A DNA stretch of 64,000 nt from Candidatus Norongarragalinales archaeon (lineage in GTDB: Archaea; Micrarchaeota; Micrarchaeia; Norongarragalinales; Norongarragalinaceae): assembly GCA_038884755.1 (NCBI GenBank), contig JAWABJ010000001.1:512001-576000 (forward strand), given 5' to 3'. The translations under genes were made by a program, and so were the position numbers. Within the stretch, counting starts at the first letter, position 1, and each line of letters starts with the position of its first letter. The notes under the pieces were generated by a model. The model saw only the letters and a list, made by a program, of their open reading frames with translations, ran no database searches and was not told the DNA's origin. Positions 19,105-28,476 of the stretch are shown here, piece by piece.

Positions 19105-19905
19105 ATGGCTTTGGGAGATTCGAAAAAAGGAACCCGCGTGATAGGGGTTTTGAGCGGTAAAGGCGGCGTCGGGAAAAGCGTCACTTCCGTCAACATTTCC
19201 GCTTTGCTCAACCGAATGGGAAAACAGACTGTTTTGGTGGACGGCGATTTAAGCAACCCAAGCGTTGGGTTGCATTTGGGACTTGCGTACAATGCGATTG
19301 GATTGAACGACTGCCTGCTGGGAAAACACAAGGTTTCAGACGCTATAGTCATACAGCCGCAAACGGGAATGCGCGTTTTGCCCGCTTCGTTGCGTTACAA
19401 GCGCGATTTTTCTCTCAAGCAATTGAGCAGGGTCATGGGCGAATTGGAAGGATACGATTTCGTGATTATAGACTCTCCGCCGGGGTTGACTGAAGACGCT
19501 TGGCAGATAATGAGCGTTTGCGACCAGGTTTTGCTCATCACCACGCCCGACGTGCCTTCCACTACAGCCGCAGCAAAAACCCTCGAGTTGTGCAAAGAAC
19601 GCGGGACCGAAGCGATTGGCGTGATAATCAACCGAGTCACGAAAGCCAAGTACGAGCTTACGCCCCGCGAAATTTCGTCCATGATTGAAGCGCCGGTCAT
19701 CGGCGAGATTCCCGAGGATTACGCCGTTCCCGCGAGCATAGCCGCGAGAAACCCGTTAGTGCTGTACAAGCCGGACGCGCCTGCGGCGAGAAGCTTCGGC
19801 AGGCTTACAAAACGCATTGTTGGGGACGAGGGTTCTTTCGAAACGCCTTCCGAAGGCTTTATCGCCAAAATCATTGCCGCAATCAAGCGCCTTTTCGGAA
19901 GGTAA
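19105..19905 (+). CDS. minD: MinD/ParA family ATPase
   Basis: Deviant Walker A SGKGGVGKS, VDGDL, IDSPPG, IPED, C-terminal amphipathic helix FIAKIIAAIKRLFGR. Confidence 0.88.
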   Translation: MALGDSKKGTRVIGVLSGKGGVGKSVTSVNISALLNRMGKQTVLVDGDLSNPSVGLHLGLAYNAIGLNDCLLGKHKVSDAIVIQPQTGMRVLPASLRYKRDFSLKQLSRVMGELEGYDFVIIDSPPGLTEDAWQIMSVCDQVLLITTPDVPSTTAAAKTLELCKERGTEAIGVIINRVTKAKYELTPREISSMIEAPVIGEIPEDYAVPASIAARNPLVLYKPDAPAARSFGRLTKRIVGDEGSFETPSEGFIAKIIAAIKRLFGR

Positions 19906-19980
19906 GCTTCAAATTCGGCTTGTTTCGAAAAAACAAAACGGTTTTTATATTTTCAGAAGGTTAAAACATAGGGGTTTCTG

Positions 19981-21237
19981 TTGGGTTTGTTGAGGGGGCA
20001 AGCCAAGGCGTTTATCGTCTTGCTTTTCGCGGTAGCCGGAGTTTTGCTTTTCGCGTTCAACGCCAGCGGGCCGTCTAGCCTTGGGCAGAGCGACGGGATA
20101 GAAAACTGGACGGTAACGCTTTCCGCCAGCGAGCAAGGCGAAAGCTCGTTCAACTATACTTCCCTGCCGGAAAACCGAATGGGCGTGTTGCGCGTAATCA
20201 AAGACTCGACTAACGAAGACGTCCTGGACTTCGAAAGCGGGCAAACGTGGGTTTATTGCGCTTCGTGCAACCTAAGCGAAAGCACTTACACTATTTTCTA
20301 CCAAACTCCCGCGCCTGCGCCTTCCCCAAGTCCCTTACCGTCACCCAGTCCAACGCCAAAATCCAGTCCTTCACCAGAACCTAGCCCAACGCCATTCCCA
20401 AGCCCGGAAATTTCTCCGGAACCATCGCCTTCTCCGAGTCCCTCGCTTGAACCAACGCCAATTCCAACCAAACCGCCTTCAGGCCAGTGCGGAGTCATAA
20501 CTCAAAACACTGTTTTAGACTCCGACGTTTTTTTCAACTCTGACGGCGGAGTTTGCTTCGACATTCGCGGCAACAACGTGCAATTGGACTGCAACGGGCA
20601 TTCCATAATGGGGAACGGCAAGGGAATCGCCGTTTACGCCACTCAAGCCGAAAACATCGCGGTTAAAAATTGCAGGATAACCAATTTCGGGTACGGCATT
20701 CTTGTTGAAGGCAACGCGGGTACGCCGGCGTTCAGCGGGTTTGCGGTAGAAAACAACTTTTTGTCCGGCATTAAGAGCGTGGGCATTGGTTTTAGGGGCG
20801 CTTTCAACTCCGTTTCCGTGTCTAACAACACGCTCGAATCCACGGGGGAGCGGGGAATTTGGATTGACGGCTTGAACGGCTTTGAATCAAAAGGCGTTTT
20901 AGTCTCTTCAAACCGCATCTCCGCCTGCGAAAACGCGCTTTTGCTGGATGCGATAGGCGGGGTTGTCGCATCTGGAAACTTTGTCGAAAAATGCAGCAAC
21001 GGCGTCACGCTTTCGTCGGCGTTCAAAAACACCGTTTCGAAAAACACCATAGGCGTTTCGAACGCGGCTTTTTGGATTGAAAGCGAAGACGCGAACGAAA
21101 ACGTTTTCTCGGAAAACTCCGGCGCGGCTGCGGTGGCGGTCAAGCGCCACCCGCGTTCTCAAAACCAATTCAACCAAAACTCTGTCGCTGCGCAGTTCAA
21201 CGAGCAGGAGTTTGAAGAAACGCAGATAGAGGGCTGA
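19981..21237 (+). CDS. Secreted protein with Pro/Ser linker and right-handed beta-helix (NosD/pectin lyase-like)
   Basis: N-terminal hydrophobic segment; (PS/PT)n linker; LDCNGHSI...KNCRITNFGYGI and repeated xxNxx coils. Confidence 0.75.
   Translation: MGLLRGQAKAFIVLLFAVAGVLLFAFNASGPSSLGQSDGIENWTVTLSASEQGESSFNYTSLPENRMGVLRVIKDSTNEDVLDFESGQTWVYCASCNLSESTYTIFYQTPAPAPSPSPLPSPSPTPKSSPSPEPSPTPFPSPEISPEPSPSPSPSLEPTPIPTKPPSGQCGVITQNTVLDSDVFFNSDGGVCFDIRGNNVQLDCNGHSIMGNGKGIAVYATQAENIAVKNCRITNFGYGILVEGNAGTPAFSGFAVENNFLSGIKSVGIGFRGAFNSVSVSNNTLESTGERGIWIDGLNGFESKGVLVSSNRISACENALLLDAIGGVVASGNFVEKCSNGVTLSSAFKNTVSKNTIGVSNAAFWIESEDANENVFSENSGAAAVAVKRHPRSQNQFNQNSVAAQFNEQEFEETQIEG
20305..20480 (+). repeat. 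Pro/Ser/Thr low-complexity linker coding region
   Basis: TPAPAPSPSPLPSPSPTPKSSPSPEPSPTP..., with degenerate codon usage. Confidence 0.8.
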
Positions 21238-21239
21238 AA

Positions 21240-24200
21240 ATGAAGAAAACGCTTCTTTTAGCAATCGCTTTTTTCCTTCTAGCCCAAAACGCTTATGCGG
21301 TCATAAACGAGTACAACGCCGATTACGCCAACAGCGGGTATTTGAACGTCACGGGTTACAATCACACTAACGGCGTTAATTCGGCAACCAACTTTTCCGA
21401 CGACATTTACTTCGGGCTCAACGACTCGAATGCGCACGTTTACGCAAACAAATCGCCTTTCTTGACGGTGTGCGGCGTTGACAACGCCGACGCGACGATA
21501 CCGTTCTGCAGGATTTTCAATTACACTGGCGAAAGCGTTACAAACAGGACGGCGACGGACATAGGAAGTAGTGCGGCAGAGTGGTACGTCTTGAAAGGAA
21601 ACCCGTTTACCAACGAGTTGTTCTTGTGCATAAGCGATGCTGCCGACGATTTGAAGTGCCAGAATTTCAACGGCAGCACCTGGACTTCAACCTTCACCAT
21701 GACCACGAACGACACTACGGTCGACGCGCGCAGTTTCGACATCAACTTCGAAAGCAAGAGCGGAAGGGCGGTAATTGTTTACAGCGTGAACGTCGCAGAC
21801 ACTCTCGCGTACAGGTATTGGAACCAAAGCAGTTGGAGCAAGGAATACTGGCTCACCATGACGAGCGCGGCTACTCTATCGTGGGTAAGGCTGGTGGCAG
21901 ACCCGAACTCGAACAACATGACGGTCGTAGCGCAAAACTCTAGGACCGACGGACAGATTTTCACCGCAAGGTGGAACGGCACGTCTTCCACCTGGTCTGC
22001 CAGCCAAAACGTTACCGCAGGCACTGCAGCCGGTTCCGACTCTTCGGCAGTGGGCATACAGGCATTCGACGCGGCGTACAACAACGAAAGCGCCGCGCTC
22101 ATAGTGTACAGCAACAATGCCACGGTTGGAGCGGTATTCGCGAAAATGTTTTGGCCCAACCAAACGCTCGACGCGCAAGCGCTCGTGGGGTACGGAGGAG
22201 CAGACCAAGTGAAGTACGTTTCAGCCGCGTCAATGCCCGGCTCTTCGAGAATAGGGTATTGTTGGATTGACAACGGAGGAGGCACGACTACGGATGATTT
22301 GTTGTGCAACGAGTGGGAGTATTCCAGAAACTTCACGCAAGCAGAACCAGACTCCACCATAGACGACGACACTTCAACCCAAGGGCGGCAGATGGACGTG
22401 GTTGCGATAGAAGAAATCGGCGGCTGGGCCGTTCCCTACGCCGACAACGGCGTCGACATGCCTACGATAGCAAGGTGTTTGAGCAAATCCGACTGCCAAG
22501 CAGGCACTTGGGGAACCAACACTATGTTCACTGGACCTAGCCCTGCCGCAGACATGAGGCACGTCCGCGCGGACACGAGCGTCATGAACAAAAGCCAGGC
22601 TATAGTAGGATGGAAGAACATCGATACGACCGCGCCTTCGGAAACGTTCTGGGGAATGTTTTACTGTCATTCCGGCGGCTGCGCCTTGAAACACGACACT
22701 GATTCGATTCAACCGGCAACCGCTTCCGCAGCGTTGTTCGCAACTTTCGACGTCGCGAAAGACGAGTACAGCAATTACACGCTCGAAACTTGGTTCAACT
22801 CCACGCCCACCACCGACGTTCCCGCCGGCGCAACGATAGAAAGCGTGAACGCCACGGTGGAATTCAAATCGGCGTTTCCTGGCAATTTTTCCACGTACAT
22901 CTACAACTGGAGCAACTCGCAGTGGAACTTCTGCCAGTCGCAAGTGGTAACTGCGAATACTGAATTGTTCTTGAACTGCAGCGTTTGCTCGAGCGGGTGC
23001 TTGGTTACCGGCGACCCGGTAAACTTTACGGACAGCGTGGGCAACGCACCCAAGGTGATACGCATTTCATTGAACGAAACCATTCACAATCTCGCCATCA
23101 ATGAATCCAACGTTAGCATTGATTACGTGAATTTCAACGTTACTTACAGCAATCCACAAGCCAACGCAGCACTGCGTCTAGCCCAATTCCGCTTGTGGGA
23201 AAGCTCTTCGACAACCATCGGCCAAGGCGCTCTCACCGATTTGAAGTGCAATACTACTAGCTCGTTCGGAGCCAACATCCTCATCACACCAGGAGGAATT
23301 TCCTGCAACAACACCGCCCCTTCGAAAAGTTATAGGGCGGAAATCCGCGTGTGCAACGACGGCGCGAGCGGCGCGAACCAAACGACTTTCGACTACATCA
23401 ACCACAGGTTTCTTTCAACGCAATACTTGGGCGCTTTGACTGCAAACGACTGCGGGCACGGAGACAACGGAAGCGCTTGGAACGGCACGCTATGCAATTC
23501 TTACAGCGAAAGCTCTTTGCTCACAGTGCAAATCGCGAACGAAAGCGCTGGAGACAAGCATTACCTCCCGAGCGGAGACGGTTCCACGCGCGACGATAAT
23601 ACTTGCGAGTATTACGCGTATCGCTTTACTACCGGCGCGCCCGACTGGGTTATCACAGACAACAGCAGGATTAACACCACCGGCGCGTCCAACGGCTCCA
23701 ATCCCGCGCCAACAGAAAACGCGAACCTAAACGTTACGTACAGCGAAACCGCGTTCTCGTTGTACTACCCGTCGACCGGCTGCACTTCAGGAAAAGGGTC
23801 TGACGGAAGGCTTAGGGCGAGATACTACAACGAAACTTGCGTCTTGTCCGGAAGCCACGGGTGCGACGTTCAAAACGCCACGTTCCAAAACTTCAACGAC
23901 ACCACCACCAAAGCCAACGTTACCATAACCGCGGCAAGCACTGACACGTTGTACTACAATTTCACGGGAATAAACGGAATGCAAGGAAACATCTATTGGA
24001 CCAACAACGTTACAAACGGCGGCCAGGACACGTTTTTAGTGCATTTCTGGGATTGGGTTGACGGAAGGTGGGAGCAAGTCGACAGCAGGACTAACGTCGC
24101 CCCGACTACCAACTTGATAAACCTTTCAAGCTTGAGCACCAACTACCTTTCCGGAGGGTTTCTCAACGTTTCCTTAAACGGAACTACAGAAGGGGTTGAC

Positions 24201-26039
24201 ACAACGACGTTCTTGTACGACATTTACTACCACGGCGACCACTCCGACAAGTGCGCCCGGTGTTACTTCCAACCCGCGACCGCGAATTCGGTGAACGTAG
24301 CATGCGAAGGGCAGACTTCCTCAACTTCGTTTTTGGACTTGCAAAACTTGGGAAGCGTAATAGAAGCCTGGAAAGTGTACTTGTCCAGCGCTCTGCCCGA
24401 GCAGACGCCCGGCGGACCTCGGGCCCTTGCGGGCTACTACCACGGCGCAAGTTCGACTGCGCCATACTTAAACCCGGCGTACAGGGTTTGGAGCAGCGCG
24501 GGCTGGGGTTCGGAAACCAACGCGACTACCCTCGACGCTGGAAGCGACATAGAATGGCTCGTAAATAAATGCGACGTCGCCAACGCGAATTGCATCATGG
24601 CGACGCTTGACGACGAGGGGGAAGTGCAAGCGCAGGCGTATACTGCTGGAGCGTGGGGGAGCGTCGTTGACGTTGCCCCGAACATTGGAACCACGAACGA
24701 CCAGTCTCGCGGCTTTGACGTGGCGTTCGAGCAAACGCGCGGGTGGGGTTTGGTCATTGCAGGAAACAACTCGGCCCGCCCGTACTACCGCATCTGGTAC
24801 CCCGAAAACAATACTTGGACTGGAGTGGAGCAGTTTCCCAACAGCGCTTGCGGGGCAAGCGGAACGCCGATTTGGCTTGACGCGGTTTCCAAGCCGGGCT
24901 CGAACGAGATTCTGACAGCGTACAGGGACGATGCCGGGAGAGTGTGCGGCTACGTTTGGGACGGGAGCAGCTGGGGCAACAGCCGAAGCATAAACAACGG
25001 TTCTGCAGAAACGACGCAAAAAACGGTTTGCGCGGCTTACGAAGAGTCGAGCGGAAAGGGAATAGTGTTTTACGAAGAGCAATCGTCGGCCAACTTGAAC
25101 TACGCAAACTGGACCGGAAGCGCGTGGGAAGTGCCTGCAGCAATATGCAACCCCGCTTGCGTTGCCGGAAGCGAATTCGTTTGGTTCGCTTGCGCGTCAA
25201 TGCCTGGGACCAACCGCATAATGTGGGCTTCTCAAGAGCATAGCGTCGGCGCGGAAAAGGGAGATTTGCTGAAAACCCTTTCCTACTCCTCCGGAGAGCC
25301 GGTTTCGAAAACCGTTATCGACTGGAGCGAATACGTTTCTAAAATCAACTCAAGAATGAAAACTCCGAAGTTGAGCTACGTCACCGGCACGCTGGTCGCT
25401 CGCCAGTGGGACAGGGGCTTCGGCACTGAAGCCAATTTCCCGAGCACGATTGAAGACGATTTGAGCGACAGGCCCATGGTTGACGTTGCGTATATAGGCG
25501 GAAGCGGGCACGCAATGATGGTTTACGCTGCCGACACCAACTTCCCCAACTACAGGACTTGCACTAGTTCTGCGAATTGCCAAGCGGGCACGTGGGGAAG
25601 CGCGAGCGCAACGACGGCAAGCGCCTGCGCAACGGGCGCGCAAGTGGATTTGGTGCGGCTTTACGCTGATTCGGCGACCAACGACACCATGCTGTTGTAC
25701 TCTACGCAGCACGCGAACGAGCCGATTTGCGCGCAGTTGTACAACGGAACGACCGCGACGTGGGGAAGCGTCACCAACCTTGAAGACACCAACCGTTTTC
25801 TCGCGAACGCGAGGCCTTTCGACGTTTTCTTCTACAACGCCAGCGCAAGCGGCGGGTCGCTCGCCATGTTCATGAACGACAGCAGCGCCACGCACCTGAC
25901 GCTGAGCACGACGCAGCAAACTTGGAACGCAAGCGTAGAGCAGTACGAGCATTCTTACGCGTGGCTGTGGGCGAACTACACCAGCTACGACTCTTCAACC
26001 CACGAAAACTATTTGGTGAGCAACACTTCGACGAGCTGA
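21240..26039 (+). CDS. Giant secreted adhesin-like glycoprotein (1599 aa) with two propeller-like regions and a split subunit-like C-terminal domain
   Basis: Signal peptide AYA/; Asn/Thr/Ser/Cys-rich; repeated YRxW...W and WxGxxW blades; no C-terminal TM; three segments resemble 15609..16208. Confidence 0.75.
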   Translation: MKKTLLLAIAFFLLAQNAYAVINEYNADYANSGYLNVTGYNHTNGVNSATNFSDDIYFGLNDSNAHVYANKSPFLTVCGVDNADATIPFCRIFNYTGESVTNRTATDIGSSAAEWYVLKGNPFTNELFLCISDAADDLKCQNFNGSTWTSTFTMTTNDTTVDARSFDINFESKSGRAVIVYSVNVADTLAYRYWNQSSWSKEYWLTMTSAATLSWVRLVADPNSNNMTVVAQNSRTDGQIFTARWNGTSSTWSASQNVTAGTAAGSDSSAVGIQAFDAAYNNESAALIVYSNNATVGAVFAKMFWPNQTLDAQALVGYGGADQVKYVSAASMPGSSRIGYCWIDNGGGTTTDDLLCNEWEYSRNFTQAEPDSTIDDDTSTQGRQMDVVAIEEIGGWAVPYADNGVDMPTIARCLSKSDCQAGTWGTNTMFTGPSPAADMRHVRADTSVMNKSQAIVGWKNIDTTAPSETFWGMFYCHSGGCALKHDTDSIQPATASAALFATFDVAKDEYSNYTLETWFNSTPTTDVPAGATIESVNATVEFKSAFPGNFSTYIYNWSNSQWNFCQSQVVTANTELFLNCSVCSSGCLVTGDPVNFTDSVGNAPKVIRISLNETIHNLAINESNVSIDYVNFNVTYSNPQANAALRLAQFRLWESSSTTIGQGALTDLKCNTTSSFGANILITPGGISCNNTAPSKSYRAEIRVCNDGASGANQTTFDYINHRFLSTQYLGALTANDCGHGDNGSAWNGTLCNSYSESSLLTVQIANESAGDKHYLPSGDGSTRDDNTCEYYAYRFTTGAPDWVITDNSRINTTGASNGSNPAPTENANLNVTYSETAFSLYYPSTGCTSGKGSDGRLRARYYNETCVLSGSHGCDVQNATFQNFNDTTTKANVTITAASTDTLYYNFTGINGMQGNIYWTNNVTNGGQDTFLVHFWDWVDGRWEQVDSRTNVAPTTNLINLSSLSTNYLSGGFLNVSLNGTTEGVDTTTFLYDIYYHGDHSDKCARCYFQPATANSVNVACEGQTSSTSFLDLQNLGSVIEAWKVYLSSALPEQTPGGPRALAGYYHGASSTAPYLNPAYRVWSSAGWGSETNATTLDAGSDIEWLVNKCDVANANCIMATLDDEGEVQAQAYTAGAWGSVVDVAPNIGTTNDQSRGFDVAFEQTRGWGLVIAGNNSARPYYRIWYPENNTWTGVEQFPNSACGASGTPIWLDAVSKPGSNEILTAYRDDAGRVCGYVWDGSSWGNSRSINNGSAETTQKTVCAAYEESSGKGIVFYEEQSSANLNYANWTGSAWEVPAAICNPACVAGSEFVWFACASMPGTNRIMWASQEHSVGAEKGDLLKTLSYSSGEPVSKTVIDWSEYVSKINSRMKTPKLSYVTGTLVARQWDRGFGTEANFPSTIEDDLSDRPMVDVAYIGGSGHAMMVYAADTNFPNYRTCTSSANCQAGTWGSASATTASACATGAQVDLVRLYADSATNDTMLLYSTQHANEPICAQLYNGTTATWGSVTNLEDTNRFLANARPFDVFFYNASASGGSLAMFMNDSSATHLTLSTTQQTWNASVEQYEHSYAWLWANYTSYDSSTHENYLVSNTSTS

Positions 26040-26043
26040 GGAA

Positions 26044-26796
26044 ATGAATGCGAAACTCATTTTCCTGGCGTTGGGAGCGGTTGCGATAGCTGCTGGAGTG
26101 TTTTTGCTTACGCAAACGCCTGGCCAGGCGCCGGCGTCCTGCGACGCTTCGGCCCGTAACTCCCTTCCCCCGAATACGTTCGACAACCTTCCCGACTTCC
26201 CGCGGGATTTTTGCGAGAAGGTTGGCGATTTGAGAAGCAGGAAAATCACGCTGCAAGGGTTTTCTGAGCTGGGAGAAGCGTACTGGCGCCAGCCGGAATT
26301 GCAGCCTAATTTCGAAAGCTATGCAATCCAAGCCATGCTCAACCCGCCGGAAGGGCGTTGGGCGGCTAACGGCTACGGCTCTTACCCTGCCGACTTCGTG
26401 GTGGAATTGAAGCACGGACAGTCTTGGGAAGGAGTGTTTTTCTTCAAAAGCTCTTGGCTGGTCGAATCTTATCAGGGAATAGCGTTAAACCACATTATCC
26501 TTCACGCGAACGAAAGCGTTTTCAAAGGAAAGCAAAGCATTCGCGTAAGCTATTCGCCCGACGAGTTCCTGCTCGGGCCCGCTTACCCGGTGTTTGACGA
26601 AAACTGGGTTGAAAAAATAAGCTTGGGAATCAAATTGGATGAAGGCACGCCTCCCGGCGAGTATTTGGTTTTGCTGAACGTGAAAAGCCCGAAAAGAAAC
26701 GGCGAGTGGGCCGGCGCATATCCTCATTATTTCGACGCTTCGTCGTTCGGGTTGCAGAAGCCGTTCTTGAGAATAAGGCTGTTTGTAAAGAGTTAA
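26044..26796 (+). CDS. Membrane-anchored protein, paralog of 16328..17233
   Basis: LPDFPRDF, EAYWRQPE, RWAANGYGSYP, SWLVESYQG, PAYPVFDENWVEK, PPGEY. Confidence 0.75.
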   Translation: MNAKLIFLALGAVAIAAGVFLLTQTPGQAPASCDASARNSLPPNTFDNLPDFPRDFCEKVGDLRSRKITLQGFSELGEAYWRQPELQPNFESYAIQAMLNPPEGRWAANGYGSYPADFVVELKHGQSWEGVFFFKSSWLVESYQGIALNHIILHANESVFKGKQSIRVSYSPDEFLLGPAYPVFDENWVEKISLGIKLDEGTPPGEYLVLLNVKSPKRNGEWAGAYPHYFDASSFGLQKPFLRIRLFVKS

Positions 26797-26844
26797 AAAA
26801 CTCTGCTGCCGAAATAAGGTTTAGCAGACAGGGGTTGCGGAAAC

Positions 26845-27693
26845 ATGATTGAGACTTTTACCGACTTTGCCCAGTTCAAGAAAAAAGCGCAAGAGATAGG
26901 CGTGGGCGTGAACCTGGACGAGCTTCTGGCCGTCGATATAGTCTTCCTCGAATCTTACGAAGACTATTTGATAATAAGCGTGAAAGACTATTCCCAAGGC
27001 CCTTCCAACGGGCTTTCCAGCAACATTCTCATCCTCAGCGAAAAAAACGTGCTGTTGTATTCGGAAAAAACTTTCGGGGAAAAGGATTACAAGATGTTTC
27101 GCTTTACTTTGCAAAAGCAGTTCGGCGAATCGACCGTCTTAACCCTCCTGACGCTGAGGGACATTTTCAACAACTACCAGAACGCGTTCAAAACAATCGA
27201 CGAGAAGATAGACGCGTTGGAAATAGGTTACGATTTGGAAGAGGCGGAGTCGACCACTATAAGGCTGAGGAAAGTGGCGAACCGGATAGAAGACCTGGTG
27301 AACCTTTTGGTTAGCCTGGAGGAAAGAAAAATAAGGCAGGTGGACACGAGTCTCGTTGCGTACGACTACAGGCTTTTGCTCACGAAAGCAAGACACCTGC
27401 TCGACCGGTGCCGCAATCACTTGAACCAGCTTCGCGACATCCAGCGCGAGGCGGACATGCGGCAGACTCGCGAAACGAACAAGCGCATTGAAGATTTGAC
27501 GAACGTCATGAAAAAACTCACTTCCATAACGGTAATCCTCATGCTTCCCACGCTCGTGGCAAGCCACTACGGAATGAACTTCAGCAACATGCCCGAACTG
27601 CAGCTCACGTGGGCGTACCCCGCGGTGATAGGGGTTGAAATAGCGCTGGCCGTTCTAGCCGCGGTATACTTCAGAAAGAGAGGATGGATTTGA
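26845..27693 (+). CDS. corA: CorA-family Mg2+ transporter
   Basis: YGMNF signature and MPEL loop, two C-terminal TM. Confidence 0.92.
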   Translation: MIETFTDFAQFKKKAQEIGVGVNLDELLAVDIVFLESYEDYLIISVKDYSQGPSNGLSSNILILSEKNVLLYSEKTFGEKDYKMFRFTLQKQFGESTVLTLLTLRDIFNNYQNAFKTIDEKIDALEIGYDLEEAESTTIRLRKVANRIEDLVNLLVSLEERKIRQVDTSLVAYDYRLLLTKARHLLDRCRNHLNQLRDIQREADMRQTRETNKRIEDLTNVMKKLTSITVILMLPTLVASHYGMNFSNMPELQLTWAYPAVIGVEIALAVLAAVYFRKRGWI

Positions 27694-27695
27694 GG

Positions 27696-28109
27696 ATGGA
27701 CTGGCTTGCTTTCGCAGTCGCTAGCATGGTTTTCCTTTCCATATCCAACCTATTCGTGAAAATGATTGTCTCCAACCCTTCTTTCGAAAAGCTGGATTTC
27801 AACGCTTTCCTTCTCCCTGGAGTTTTGGTTGCATCAGGAGTTTTGCTTGCTCTTTATTTCTTCCTGCAAAACGCTAAGCCGCCTTTGGCTTACTACCCCA
27901 TTGCAATAGCGGTTTTCGCAACCCTCGGCGTGCTGGCGATGATTCTGGCTCTTAAAACGGGGAAAGTGGCGATTGTAACGGCGGTGCTGGGTTTGTCGAC
28001 CGTGCTCGTGGCAATCCTTTCAGTCGTTTTTCTGGGCGACAGGTTCAGCGGAAGGGAAATTGCGGCTATGGTTCTGGCAATCCTCAGCATTTTCATGCTG
28101 ATAGTTTAG
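27696..28109 (+). CDS. EamA/DMT-family small membrane transporter
   Basis: 5 TM; ALKTGKVAIV...FLGDRFS. Confidence 0.75.
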   Translation: MDWLAFAVASMVFLSISNLFVKMIVSNPSFEKLDFNAFLLPGVLVASGVLLALYFFLQNAKPPLAYYPIAIAVFATLGVLAMILALKTGKVAIVTAVLGLSTVLVAILSVVFLGDRFSGREIAAMVLAILSIFMLIV

Positions 28110-28468
28110 TAGGAAGCGCTCGCGCTTTCACCAAGCTGTGGAAAGCTTTTCTCTAGCTTCTTGCGCAACTCTTCAAAACGCTCCCTCAACTTTTTTTCCT
28201 GCTTGGCTAAAGCATTAAGCCTTACTTCCACGCTTTCCTTTTCTTCCTTCAACTCGCTTTCGAGAACGCTTTTTTCCTTTGGGATCATGATTCCACCCGC
28301 AAACCGGTACAGTTGCCCGCCAGTTGCTTTCCCTATTTCTTCCGACGCCTTGTCCAGCTCGCCCTGCTGCACCAAAAGCTGCTGTTTTTGCATCACGAGA
28401 AGCTGCATCTGCTGTTGTATCGACTGCAGTTCTATCAAGTCTTTCTTCTGGTCTTCATTCAATTCCAT
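28106..28468 (-). CDS. pfdB: Prefoldin beta subunit
   Basis: Coiled coil - YRFAGGIMI hairpin - coiled coil; conserved brix-pcc1-pfdB order. Confidence 0.9.
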   Translation of the reverse strand: MELNEDQKKDLIELQSIQQQMQLLVMQKQQLLVQQGELDKASEEIGKATGGQLYRFAGGIMIPKEKSVLESELKEEKESVEVRLNALAKQEKKLRERFEELRKKLEKSFPQLGESASASY

Positions 28469-28476
28469 AATTCGTT

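Noticed and set aside
20305..20480. DNA tandem repeat or mobile element
   Set aside because: Codon-degenerate Pro/Ser linker; the repetition is at protein level only
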